From NCBI GenBank assembly GCA_028282585.1, contig JANQHR010000052.1, positions 24,363 to 88,362 on the forward strand: a DNA stretch of 64,000 bases. The letters are read 5' to 3'. This DNA is from Bacteroidales bacterium (GTDB lineage: Bacteria > Bacteroidota > Bacteroidia > Bacteroidales > UBA12077). Position 1 is the stretch's first letter. Every line of letters starts with the position of its first letter. Below the pieces are notes generated by a model. That model ran no database searches, was not told the origin of the DNA, and saw only the letters and a list, made by a program, of their open reading frames with translations. The translations under genes were made by a program, and so were the position numbers. Below, one piece after another: positions 38,070 through 46,541 of this stretch.

Positions 38070-38966
38070 ATGCCATCATGGAAAGGACAATCTCGTGGAA
38101 ATGTACTTGGATACAAAATCTTTGTACAAACCCTTAAACACCTCGGCTTAACTTTTGCCTACTCAATACTTGTATTTGTTGCTTTTTATTACTTTTTGTT
38201 TTCTCGTAAAAGTTCAATTCATACGTACCATTACTTTCGCCATGTCCTTAAATATCCTTGGCTAAAATCAAAATGGAGTATTTACAAAAACTATTTTGTA
38301 TTTGGGCAGGTCCTTTTAGACAAAGTAGCTATTTTGGGCGGGTTAAAAGGAAAGTTCTCTTACAATTTTGATGGTGAGCACTATTTACGTGAAATGGCTG
38401 AGAATAAAACCGGTGGTATTATTGTAAATGCACATATCGGTAATTTCGAAATTGCCGGGCAACTTTTGGAAAGGCTTGAAACTAAAATTAATGTTTTAAT
38501 GTTGGATGCTGAACACCAGAAGATTAAAAATTACTTATCAGATGTTTTAGTCAATAAAAATGTAGGAATCATACCCATTCAAAATGATAACTCGCATATA
38601 ATTCCAATCAGCGAAGCATTAATTAATAAGGAACTTATTGCTATGGCAGGCGACCGGTACATTGAAGAAAGCAAATTACACACGGTTGATTTTATGGGTA
38701 AAAAAGCAAAGTTTCCAACAGGCCCTTTTTATTTGGCGGCCAGATTTGGTGTCCCAATTACGTTTGCTTTTGCAATGAAGGAAAGAAATACTCATTACCA
38801 CTTTTTTGCTTCAAAGCCAGAATTTGTAAAAAGATATAGGGATCCTAAAGAGCAAGAAAAGGAATTGCATAAATTCATTGAGAAGTATTCCAAAGAGTTT
38901 GAACGAATTTTAAGAATGTACCCAATGCAGTGGTTTAATTACTACCAGTTTTGGGAGAAAAAGTAA
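38070..38966 (+). CDS. LpxL/HtrB-family lipid acyltransferase
   Basis: N-terminal TM helix. The NAHIGNFEIAG motif (H-x4-E) is typical of lauroyl/myristoyl acyltransferases. Confidence 0.7.
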   Translation: MPSWKGQSRGNVLGYKIFVQTLKHLGLTFAYSILVFVAFYYFLFSRKSSIHTYHYFRHVLKYPWLKSKWSIYKNYFVFGQVLLDKVAILGGLKGKFSYNFDGEHYLREMAENKTGGIIVNAHIGNFEIAGQLLERLETKINVLMLDAEHQKIKNYLSDVLVNKNVGIIPIQNDNSHIIPISEALINKELIAMAGDRYIEESKLHTVDFMGKKAKFPTGPFYLAARFGVPITFAFAMKERNTHYHFFASKPEFVKRYRDPKEQEKELHKFIEKYSKEFERILRMYPMQWFNYYQFWEKK

Positions 38967-38968
38967 TT

Positions 38969-40327
38969 ATGAAAGAAAATAAAATATTATTCGTATCAGC
39001 TAACCAACATAAGGTTCCCTATCCTGTTTATCCCATTGGGCTCTCCTATATCACTACCTATTTGCAGGAAAGGTTGCCTGATTATCAATTTAAAATGGTT
39101 GACCTTAATTTTAGTACCATTGATGAATTAGAATCTATAACTAAAGATTATAATCCTAAATACATTGGTGTTTCCTTCAGAAATATTGATGATGTTAACT
39201 CATATAACAGAGAAGAATTTGTAAGTCATTACAAAAACGTCTTAGATCACCTCAGAACTGTTTCAAATGCTAAAATAATAGTTGGCGGTTCTGGTTTTTC
39301 AATTTTTCCGGAATTAATGTTTAATAGGTTAAATCCGGACTTTGGCGTATATGGAGAAGGTGAACAAACTATTTTAAACCTTATTAATATACTTGATAAG
39401 AACGAGGATTATACTGGTTTAAGTAGGTTGGTATACAAGAAAAACGGGCAATGCGTTTTCAACAAAAACGAGAGTTATTTTAATAATCTGGATTTAGATT
39501 TTGACGAAAATTTGATTGACTTTTATTGGGATAAAAGCGGGATGCTTAATGTTCAAACCAAACGGGGATGCCCATACAATTGTATTTATTGTACCTACCC
39601 GTTAATTGAAGGTAAAAAAGTACGTACTCTTAATACGGACAAAATTATTGAAACCCTAAAGAAACTTTATTACCAAAAAGGCATTGACTATGTTTTTTTT
39701 ACAGATTCAGTTTTTAACATCAATAATACATACAATTACGAACTAGCAGAAAAAATTATAGCAAGTGGAATAAAAATACAATGGGGTGGTTATTTCACAT
39801 TTAAAAACCTGGATGAAAATTTATTAAAAACCTTAAAGAAATCAGGATTAGAGCATGTGGAATTCGGAACTGAAGCAATTTCGGAGAAATGCCTTAAAAC
39901 CTACGGCAAAAACTTTACGGTTAGAGATGTTCTAGAGAAATCCGCATTATGCAACAAGTTGGAAATTCCTTTCGCACACTTCTTAATAACAGGAGGTTAT
40001 GGAGAAACAGATTCAACAGTTGATGAAACCTTTGAAAATTCAAAATTAATCGATAATTCTGTGTTCTTCACTTTTGTTGGCATGAGGATTTATCCTGGCA
40101 CTAAACTACAGAAATATGCTATACAGGAAGGCGTTATTGATGAAAAGGATTCCTTATTAGAACCTAAATATTACCTTTCCAAAGATGTAAATTACGATAC
40201 ACTAAAAGAAAGGTCATATAAAACAAGGAAACGTTGGGTATTTCCAGATGAAGATACCGCAACAATTAGCAATAAATTAAGAAAAAGAGGTAAAAAAGGG
40301 CCATTATGGGAATATATGATCATATAA
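38969..40327 (+). CDS. lipid-biosynthesis-type B12-binding radical SAM protein
   Basis: B12 domain (YIGVSFRNID ... IIVGGSGFS) and RGCPYNCIYCTYP. The track ORF starts at 38951 (TTG); ATG 38969 is the likely start. Confidence 0.85.
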   Translation: MKENKILFVSANQHKVPYPVYPIGLSYITTYLQERLPDYQFKMVDLNFSTIDELESITKDYNPKYIGVSFRNIDDVNSYNREEFVSHYKNVLDHLRTVSNAKIIVGGSGFSIFPELMFNRLNPDFGVYGEGEQTILNLINILDKNEDYTGLSRLVYKKNGQCVFNKNESYFNNLDLDFDENLIDFYWDKSGMLNVQTKRGCPYNCIYCTYPLIEGKKVRTLNTDKIIETLKKLYYQKGIDYVFFTDSVFNINNTYNYELAEKIIASGIKIQWGGYFTFKNLDENLLKTLKKSGLEHVEFGTEAISEKCLKTYGKNFTVRDVLEKSALCNKLEIPFAHFLITGGYGETDSTVDETFENSKLIDNSVFFTFVGMRIYPGTKLQKYAIQEGVIDEKDSLLEPKYYLSKDVNYDTLKERSYKTRKRWVFPDEDTATISNKLRKRGKKGPLWEYMII

Positions 40328-40743
40328 TTGCAACAGGAGAAGACATTTTGCAGTTCATTCCTCAAAGAGCTCCAATGGTAATGGTTGAAAAACTCCATAA
40401 GGCAGAAAACGGCCAAACCATTGGAAGTTTTGAAATAAAAGAAGAAAATATTTTCTGTAAAGATGGTTCTTTGCAAGAGCCCGGGTTAATTGAAAATATA
40501 GCACAAACTGCTGCCGTAGGTGTGGGGTTCGAGTATAGAAATGAAGACAAAGAAGTGCCAACCGGTTATATTGGAGCAGTGCAAAAGCTTACCATACATA
40601 AATTGCCGGAAGTAGGCAAAAACATTATTACAGAAATAAATGTTGAACATAAAGTATTTAATACAACCCTAATTAATGGTAAAATCACATGCAATGATGA
40701 GTTAATTGCAGATTGTACTATGAAAATTTTTCTGGATGAATAG
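40306..40743 (+). CDS. hotdog-fold 3-hydroxyacyl-ACP dehydratase-like protein
   Basis: ILQFIPQRAPMVMVEKL N-terminal motif and the hotdog length (145 aa), as in APE-locus dehydratases. Confidence 0.6.
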   Translation: MGIYDHIIATGEDILQFIPQRAPMVMVEKLHKAENGQTIGSFEIKEENIFCKDGSLQEPGLIENIAQTAAVGVGFEYRNEDKEVPTGYIGAVQKLTIHKLPEVGKNIITEINVEHKVFNTTLINGKITCNDELIADCTMKIFLDE

Positions 40744-40745
40744 AA

Positions 40746-41204
40746 AATGATTAAATGCATAAATGATTAAATAAAGAATCACATGAATAAAATGACAGAA
40801 AAGGAAATATTTATAGAGAATTTAAAGAAACGAACCAAAAAATTTGCTGTTGATGTTATTTTATTTTGTAATTCACTTAAGGTGTGCAAAGCTTCTGACG
40901 TTATAACTTATCAACTTGTAAAATCTGCAACATCAACTGGGGCTAATTATCGTGCAGCATGCAGAGCTAGGTCAAAAAAGGAATTTTTTAGCAAAATTTG
41001 CATTGTTGTTGAAGAGGCTGATGAATCTGAATATTGGTTAGAACTTATAAATGATACTAATTTATCGAATGATAAAAATGAATTATTAAGGCTTTATAAT
41101 GAAGCAAATGAAATTACAAAGATAATGACAAAGGCGAAAAACACATCTTACGTAAGTAAAACTTAATACATTTGATAATTTTAGCATTTACTCATTTAAG
41201 CATT
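40746..41204 (+). mobile_element. four-helix-bundle gene cassette 1 with 27-nt imperfect inverted flanks
   Basis: 40746-40772 aatgattaaatgcataaatgattaaat matches the reverse complement of 41178-41204 (aatgcttaaatgagtaaatgctaaaat) at 22 of 27 positions. Mobility itself is inferred. Confidence 0.45.
40783..41166 (+). CDS. four-helix-bundle protein (23S rRNA intervening-sequence protein / Avd-like family)
   Basis: Family core QLVKSATSTGANYRAACRARSKKEFFSKICIVVEEADESEYWLELI. Length is 127 aa. Confidence 0.85.
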   Translation: MNKMTEKEIFIENLKKRTKKFAVDVILFCNSLKVCKASDVITYQLVKSATSTGANYRAACRARSKKEFFSKICIVVEEADESEYWLELINDTNLSNDKNELLRLYNEANEITKIMTKAKNTSYVSKT

Positions 41205-41217
41205 GAAACTAAAAACC

Positions 41218-41619
41218 ATGGAAAAAGATAAAGTACCACAAGATGAAGGGATAACGGGGGGAATAACCCGAGAAGTTCAATATGCTGTTGATAAAGACGG
41301 CAAATATGTAAAAACCTTCAGTAAAGGTTGGGAACCTAAAAATATAGTCAACGAACTTGCATGGGAAGATATACAAGAATTGGTTGATGAAGCTGATGAA
41401 AAAATAAAAGCAGGCAAAGCAAGCCCAATTATGCATTACATGGCTAAAAACCAAATGAATGTTACGTTGCTTGCCGACTATGTAGAATTATCCAAATGGA
41501 AGGTTAAGAAACACCTGAAACCAAAAGGATTCAAGAACCTAAAGCCAGAACAATTAGAAAATTATGCGAAAGTATTCAATATTAGCGTAGGTGAGTTAGC
41601 TAACTTTAAGCCTGAATAA
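41218..41619 (+). CDS. XRE-like helix-turn-helix protein (paralog of 33426-33926)
   Basis: MNVTLLADYVELSKWKVKKHLK ... LENYAKVFNISVGEL. The track start at 41203 is TTG inside the cassette flank; ATG 41218 is preferred. Confidence 0.5.
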   Translation: MEKDKVPQDEGITGGITREVQYAVDKDGKYVKTFSKGWEPKNIVNELAWEDIQELVDEADEKIKAGKASPIMHYMAKNQMNVTLLADYVELSKWKVKKHLKPKGFKNLKPEQLENYAKVFNISVGELANFKPE

Positions 41620-41761
41620 TTAAATGAACCATCCAAGTACCATTCTTTTTATAGAATTAAATAAATCACATGGATGTTACTTCGGGCTGGAAACAAGGTT
41701 TGTTGTATTCAATAATTCAGTAAATAAAAGAGATATCAATCAAATTAATATAAAAAAGTAG

Positions 41762-42775
41762 ATGAAACTTGATTTCGAACATATACCTGCAGGGCACTGC
41801 GAAAATGGAGTAATTTCAAGCCTGTTAAAATATCATGGATTAAACTTAAGCGAAGCCATGATTTTTGGAATTGGCAGTGGTTTCTTTTTTGCATACATGC
41901 CATTTGTAAAAGTAAATGGAATTCCATTAGCTTCATTCCGCCCTGTGCCTGGAATGATATTTTCACGCGCTGCCAAACGGCTAGGAATTAAAATGAAAAA
42001 ACAATCTTTTAGGAAACAACCTAAAAGAGCGATGGATGAACTGGATAAGGTTCTTGAAAAGAAATTACCGGTTGGAGTTCAAACCGGAGTATACCACCTA
42101 ACTTACTTCCCTCCCGCTTACCGATTTCATTTTAATGCGCACAACTTAACCGTTTTTGGCAAAGAAAATGGAGTATACCATATAAGTGACCCTGTTATGG
42201 AATACGCTACTACGTTAACTTCTGAAGAGCTTAAAAAAGCAAGGTATGCTAAAGGCCCATTAAGCCCTAATGGTAAAATGTATTACCCAATTGATATTCC
42301 TGAAAATATCGAATTAAAACCTGCAATTATCAAAGGTATTAAACAAACTTGCGATTGGATGTTGACTATCCCGGTTCCATTATTTGGTGTAAAAGGAATT
42401 AGGTACCTATCTAAACGAGTTCGTAAATGGCCGGATAAATTAGGAGCAAGAAAAGCAGCTTCATATTTAGCGCAATTGGTTAGAATGCTTGAAGAAATTG
42501 GTACCGGAGGTGCTGGGTTCCGTTTTATTTACGCTGCATTCTTACAAGAAGTATCAGAAGTAATGGAAGACCAACGATATTTTGAACTTTCCAAGAAAAT
42601 GACAGCAATTGGTGATATGTGGAGAAATTTCTCTTCATTGGCTGCGCAAACTTGTAAAGGGCGTTCTTCAGACCCGGACGGTTATAATACAGTGGCAAAT
42701 CTTATGTTAGAGATTGCTGATGATGAAGAAAGGTTTTTTACTGAATTAAAACAACTAGTCAATGCAGGAAAATAA
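41762..42775 (+). CDS. BtrH N-terminal-domain (papain-like Cys-His-Asp) protein
   Basis: AGHCENGVISSLLKYHGL, NAHNLTVFG ... YHISDP, GTGGAGFRFIYAAFL. Length is 337 aa. It overlaps the ABC ATPase gene by 14 nt. Confidence 0.65.
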   Translation: MKLDFEHIPAGHCENGVISSLLKYHGLNLSEAMIFGIGSGFFFAYMPFVKVNGIPLASFRPVPGMIFSRAAKRLGIKMKKQSFRKQPKRAMDELDKVLEKKLPVGVQTGVYHLTYFPPAYRFHFNAHNLTVFGKENGVYHISDPVMEYATTLTSEELKKARYAKGPLSPNGKMYYPIDIPENIELKPAIIKGIKQTCDWMLTIPVPLFGVKGIRYLSKRVRKWPDKLGARKAASYLAQLVRMLEEIGTGGAGFRFIYAAFLQEVSEVMEDQRYFELSKKMTAIGDMWRNFSSLAAQTCKGRSSDPDGYNTVANLMLEIADDEERFFTELKQLVNAGK

Positions 42776-43520
42776 TCATATCATTGAATTAAAATACCTG
42801 ACTAAATATTACAAAGGTTCAAGTGTTCCTGCTATTGATAACATAAACCTTAACATTGATAAAGGGGAAATATATGGCTTACTTGGCCCTAATGGAGCAG
42901 GTAAAACAACTACGATTTCAATTCTCTGTGGGCTATTTGGTGCAACATCCGGAAATGTTTTTATCGATGGAATGGAATACCAGCATTCCAGAGAAAAAAT
43001 TAAAAGCATTATTGGGATAGTACCACAAGAAATAGCGCTTTATCCATCATTAACTGCCAAGGAAAACCTTACATTTTTTGGCCATATGTATGGCCTAAAA
43101 GGCAAAGAATTGAAAAATAGAATCAATGAATGCCTTGAATTATTTGGCTTAGAGAAAAATGCAAACAGAAGAATTAAAACCTTTTCGGGCGGAATGAAAA
43201 GAAGAATAAACCTCATAGCAGGTATTCTTCATAAACCCAAGATTATATATTTAGACGAACCTACAGTTGGTGTTGACGTGCAATCACGTAATGTGATTTT
43301 AGAACATTTGCGTGCTATCAATAAAGAAGGAACAACCATTATATACACATCTCATTATATGGAGGAAGCAGAAAATTTCTGTTCTCGTGTAGCTATCATA
43401 GATAAGGGAAATATTCTTACCGAAGGTAAACCTAAAGAACTAATTGATGGCAAAGAAGAATATACAGATTTAGAAAATATTTTCTTACATATAACAGGAA
43501 GAGCATTACGCGACGAATAA
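42762..43520 (+). CDS. ABC transporter ATP-binding protein
   Basis: Walker A GPNGAGKTT, signature FSGGMKRR, Walker B IIYLDEPT. Confidence 0.9.
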   Translation: MQENNHIIELKYLTKYYKGSSVPAIDNINLNIDKGEIYGLLGPNGAGKTTTISILCGLFGATSGNVFIDGMEYQHSREKIKSIIGIVPQEIALYPSLTAKENLTFFGHMYGLKGKELKNRINECLELFGLEKNANRRIKTFSGGMKRRINLIAGILHKPKIIYLDEPTVGVDVQSRNVILEHLRAINKEGTTIIYTSHYMEEAENFCSRVAIIDKGNILTEGKPKELIDGKEEYTDLENIFLHITGRALRDE

Positions 43521-43593
43521 TTTGCAAAAGTAAATTAGATGAATTCTTTATACGATTATAAAATATAAACGGAATAGCTTAAATAAACAAGGG

Positions 43594-43700
43594 TAGATGG
43601 AACATTGGATTATTGGAAATATCAATTTAAAAAATAATCATTTAAATTGTTTATATCCATTTTTCCATCAATCCCTGTCTGCCGACAGGCAGGCAAAATT
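43594..43700. repeat. gene-less nested hairpin element in ABC operon spacer
   Basis: The outer arms ggattattggaaatat / atatccatttttccatcaatcc flank the perfect inner hairpin caatttaaa-N9-tttaaattg. A GC-rich hairpin cctgtc-tgcc-gacagg follows. Confidence 0.5.
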
Positions 43701-43774
43701 CCAATTTTAAATGGTATAAGGTTAAATAATAAATGAAACTTTTATAATAGAGTTAAAATACAAATCATCAGAAA

Positions 43775-45058
43775 ATGATACGATTAATATCATCCATATA
43801 TAAAGAGTTTTTAGTTCTTATTAGAGATCGAGCAGGATTGGCAATTTTATTTATTATGCCTTTAGTTCTTATACTCATAATGACTTTAATTCAAGATGCA
43901 ACTTTCAGGACGGTAAAAGAAGTTGACATCTCAATGATTCTAGTAAATAATGATAGGGATAGTTTAGGCGAAGCTATTAGCCAAGGATTATACGATTCAG
44001 AGTTTTTTACTATAGTCGAAGAAATTGATGGAGAAAAAATCACCGATTCTTTAGCAAAAGAATTAGTTGCAAGAGGCGATTATAAAATTGGAATTATTAT
44101 TCCGGAAAGAGCAACAGATGCTATTCGAGGCAATGTTAATGCTTTAATCAATAAATCTTTCAAATCATTTAATGTTCCGGGAGTAAAGAAAAGAACCAGG
44201 AAAAGTACAATTGATATTACTATTTATATTGACCCTGCAACAAGCCAGTCTTTTAAAAATATGGTAATGAGTTCCTTAAAGGAGTTTACTTCACAGCTAG
44301 AGATTGAAATGTTTTTTAAGAACTTTTCGGAAGCCATGGCTCAAATGATGCCAGGCCAAAAACCTATAAAATTTGAAAGCTTTGAAACCATAAAGTACCA
44401 GGAAGTTTATGCTTCAACAACAAAGGATGAAATGCTTCCAAATTCGGTTCAACATAATGTACCTGCATGGACTATGTTCGCAATGTTCTTTATTGTACTG
44501 CCACTAGCTGGAAACATTATTAAAGAACGGGATGATGGAAGTGCTTTCCGTTTAAAAACAATGCCAGGGTCTTTTGTTACAGTTATGTTTAGTAAGATTT
44601 TTGTATTTCTAGGTGTAGCATTTTTACAGTTTATTTTAATGCTAATGGTTGGTGTTTACATCATGCCACTAATGGGATTGCCACAGTTGGAAATTGGCCC
44701 TCATAAAATTGCATTAGGTGTTATGGCAATTGCTTCCGGGTTAGCCGCAACAGGTTACGGAGTTGCTATTGGAACTATCGCAACTACCCATGAACAAGCA
44801 GCCACTTTTGGTGCTGTTTCAATTATCATTTTTGCAGCTTTAGGCGGCATTTGGGTTCCGGTATATGTAATGCCTCATACAATAAGAATTATCAGCCAGT
44901 TCTCTCCTCTTCATTGGGGGTTAAATGGCTTTTATGATATATTCCTTCGTGGCGGTGATATTTCTGTAGTAATCGCTGAAACTGCAAAATTGTTGCTGTT
45001 TTTTGTAATCATGCTATTAATAGCAGTTGCTTATAATAAGTACACAAAAACCAAATAA
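43775..45058 (+). CDS. ABC-2-type transporter permease
   Basis: N-terminal TM helix, a large extracytoplasmic loop, then five C-terminal TM helices. It pairs with the ATPase at 42762. Confidence 0.8.
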   Translation: MIRLISSIYKEFLVLIRDRAGLAILFIMPLVLILIMTLIQDATFRTVKEVDISMILVNNDRDSLGEAISQGLYDSEFFTIVEEIDGEKITDSLAKELVARGDYKIGIIIPERATDAIRGNVNALINKSFKSFNVPGVKKRTRKSTIDITIYIDPATSQSFKNMVMSSLKEFTSQLEIEMFFKNFSEAMAQMMPGQKPIKFESFETIKYQEVYASTTKDEMLPNSVQHNVPAWTMFAMFFIVLPLAGNIIKERDDGSAFRLKTMPGSFVTVMFSKIFVFLGVAFLQFILMLMVGVYIMPLMGLPQLEIGPHKIALGVMAIASGLAATGYGVAIGTIATTHEQAATFGAVSIIIFAALGGIWVPVYVMPHTIRIISQFSPLHWGLNGFYDIFLRGGDISVVIAETAKLLLFFVIMLLIAVAYNKYTKTK

Positions 45059-45065
45059 ATCCCAG

Positions 45066-45539
45066 GTTCATAGTTTAAAGTACAAAGTTTAAAAGTTTTA
45101 TATTTAATGGCAGCATTTACAAAATTTGAAGATATTGAAGCTTGGAGAAAAGCTCGTGAATTATGCAAGCTTATCTTTGAAATAACTGAAAAAGACAAGT
45201 TTTCCAGAGATTTTTCTTTAAAAGACCAAATTAGAAGATCTTCTGGTAGTGTAATGGACAATATTGCTGAAGGCTTTGAAAGAGGTGGAAGAAAAGAATT
45301 TATACAATTTCTTTTTATTTCAAAATCATCTTGTGCTGAAACAAAATCACAGTTATATCGGGCACTTGATTATAAATATATTGACAAAAATGAATTGAAT
45401 AAATGGTATGAGAAAGCTTGCGAATGCACAAAACTCATTGTTGGATTAATCAATTATCTCAAATCATCTAGTGTTAAAGGCCTAAAGTATTTATAAAATC
45501 ACTTTGAAAACTTTGAACTGTAAACTTTGAACTAAGAAC
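45066..45539 (+). mobile_element. four-helix-bundle gene cassette 2 with inverted word-repeat flanks
   Basis: Upstream is gttcatagtttaaagtacaaagtttaaaagtttt. The reverse complement of the downstream flank is gttcttagttcaaagtttacagttcaaagttttcaaagtg. They share (c/t)aaagtt words. Confidence 0.4.
45107..45496 (+). CDS. four-helix-bundle protein (23S rRNA IVS protein family, second subfamily)
   Basis: FEDIEAWRKARELCKLIFEIT ... LKDQIRRSSGSVMDNIAEGFERGGRKEFIQFLFISKSSCAETKSQLY. Confidence 0.85.
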   Translation: MAAFTKFEDIEAWRKARELCKLIFEITEKDKFSRDFSLKDQIRRSSGSVMDNIAEGFERGGRKEFIQFLFISKSSCAETKSQLYRALDYKYIDKNELNKWYEKACECTKLIVGLINYLKSSSVKGLKYL

Positions 45540-45628
45540 TATTAAAACATTGTTAATAATTTAAAACATAATATGCTAACTTTTAATCCATAGAGCTTAA
45601 TTTAGCAGTTTGTTAAAAAAATAGAAAA

Positions 45629-46057
45629 TTGGAAAAGAAACCACTAATACATAGAACTGAAATCGTTGTAAGGTTTAGTGAAGTAGATTCGATGGGAATC
45701 GTATGGCATGGTAATTATGCCAAATACTTTGAAGATGGCCGTGAAGCATTTGGGAAGGCTTTGGGCTTAAGTTACCTGGATGTTTATGCAAACAAGCACC
45801 TCACTCCTCTTGTTAAACTTGATTTTGAGTACAAAACTCCTCTTGAATATGGAGATTCAGCAATTATAGAAACAAGGTATATTGACCATGATGCTGCTAA
45901 AATTCATTTTGAATATACCATATACAACAAAAAAAATAACAAGGTTGCTGCAACCGGAGAAAGCATTCAGGTGTTTTTAAATCTAGAAAGAGAATTGGTT
46001 TTAATTGCTCCTGATTTTTTCCTTGAATGGAAAAGAAAAATGGGACTCCTTGAATAA
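45629..46057 (+). CDS. 4HBT/YbgC-type acyl-CoA(ACP) thioesterase
   Basis: RFSEVDSMGIVWHGNY contains the catalytic Asp. TTG 45629 is the first in-frame start after the stop at 45614-45616. Confidence 0.8.
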   Translation: MEKKPLIHRTEIVVRFSEVDSMGIVWHGNYAKYFEDGREAFGKALGLSYLDVYANKHLTPLVKLDFEYKTPLEYGDSAIIETRYIDHDAAKIHFEYTIYNKKNNKVAATGESIQVFLNLERELVLIAPDFFLEWKRKMGLLE

Positions 46058-46520
46058 TGAACATCGATTAACGAATATAGAATTAAGAAATGGCAAAGAC
46101 ATTGACAAAATATGATTTAGAAGAAAGACTGATTAATTTTTCAGTATTGATAATTGATATAGTTAATGAAATGCCAAATACAAAAGCAGCAAATCATCTT
46201 TCGGGACAACTTGTTCGTTCTGGTACTTCGCCCGCTCTTAATTATGGTGAAGCGCAAAGTGCAGAATCAAGAAAGGATTTCATTCATAAGATGAAGGTTA
46301 TTCTTAAAGAATTAAGAGAAACATTTGTGTGTTTGAAGATAATTCATCGATGTAAATTGTTTAAAACAGAAGAAAAAATTATAATAGCTAAAGAAGAAAA
46401 TAATGAGCTTATTTCAATATTTGTAAAAAGCATCGAAACAGCAAAAAACAATTTAAATTCCAATAAATCTTAAATCGTTAATCTGTGTTCGATGTTCGAT
46501 ATTCAAATAAGAATTGAATA
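46058..46520 (+). mobile_element. four-helix-bundle gene cassette 3 with gaaca(t/c)cga word flanks
   Basis: Upstream is tgaacatcgattaacgaatat. Downstream is atcgttaatctgtgttcgatgttcgatattc, whose reverse complement is gaatatcgaacatcgaacacagattaacgat. Confidence 0.45.
46090..46473 (+). CDS. four-helix-bundle protein (23S rRNA IVS protein family)
   Basis: GQLVRSGTSPALNYGEAQSAESRKDFIHKMKVILKELRET. Length is 127 aa. Confidence 0.85.
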   Translation: MAKTLTKYDLEERLINFSVLIIDIVNEMPNTKAANHLSGQLVRSGTSPALNYGEAQSAESRKDFIHKMKVILKELRETFVCLKIIHRCKLFKTEEKIIIAKEENNELISIFVKSIETAKNNLNSNKS

Positions 46521-46541
46521 TGATTTAAGAAGATTAATAAA

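Noticed and set aside
43597-43710. 37-aa ORF (MEHWIIGNINLKNNHLNCLYPFFHQSLSADRQAKFQF) inside the ABC spacer element.
   Set aside because: The reading frame simply runs through the hairpin arms. The peptide looks like a translated repeat, and no ribosome-binding or conservation evidence is available.
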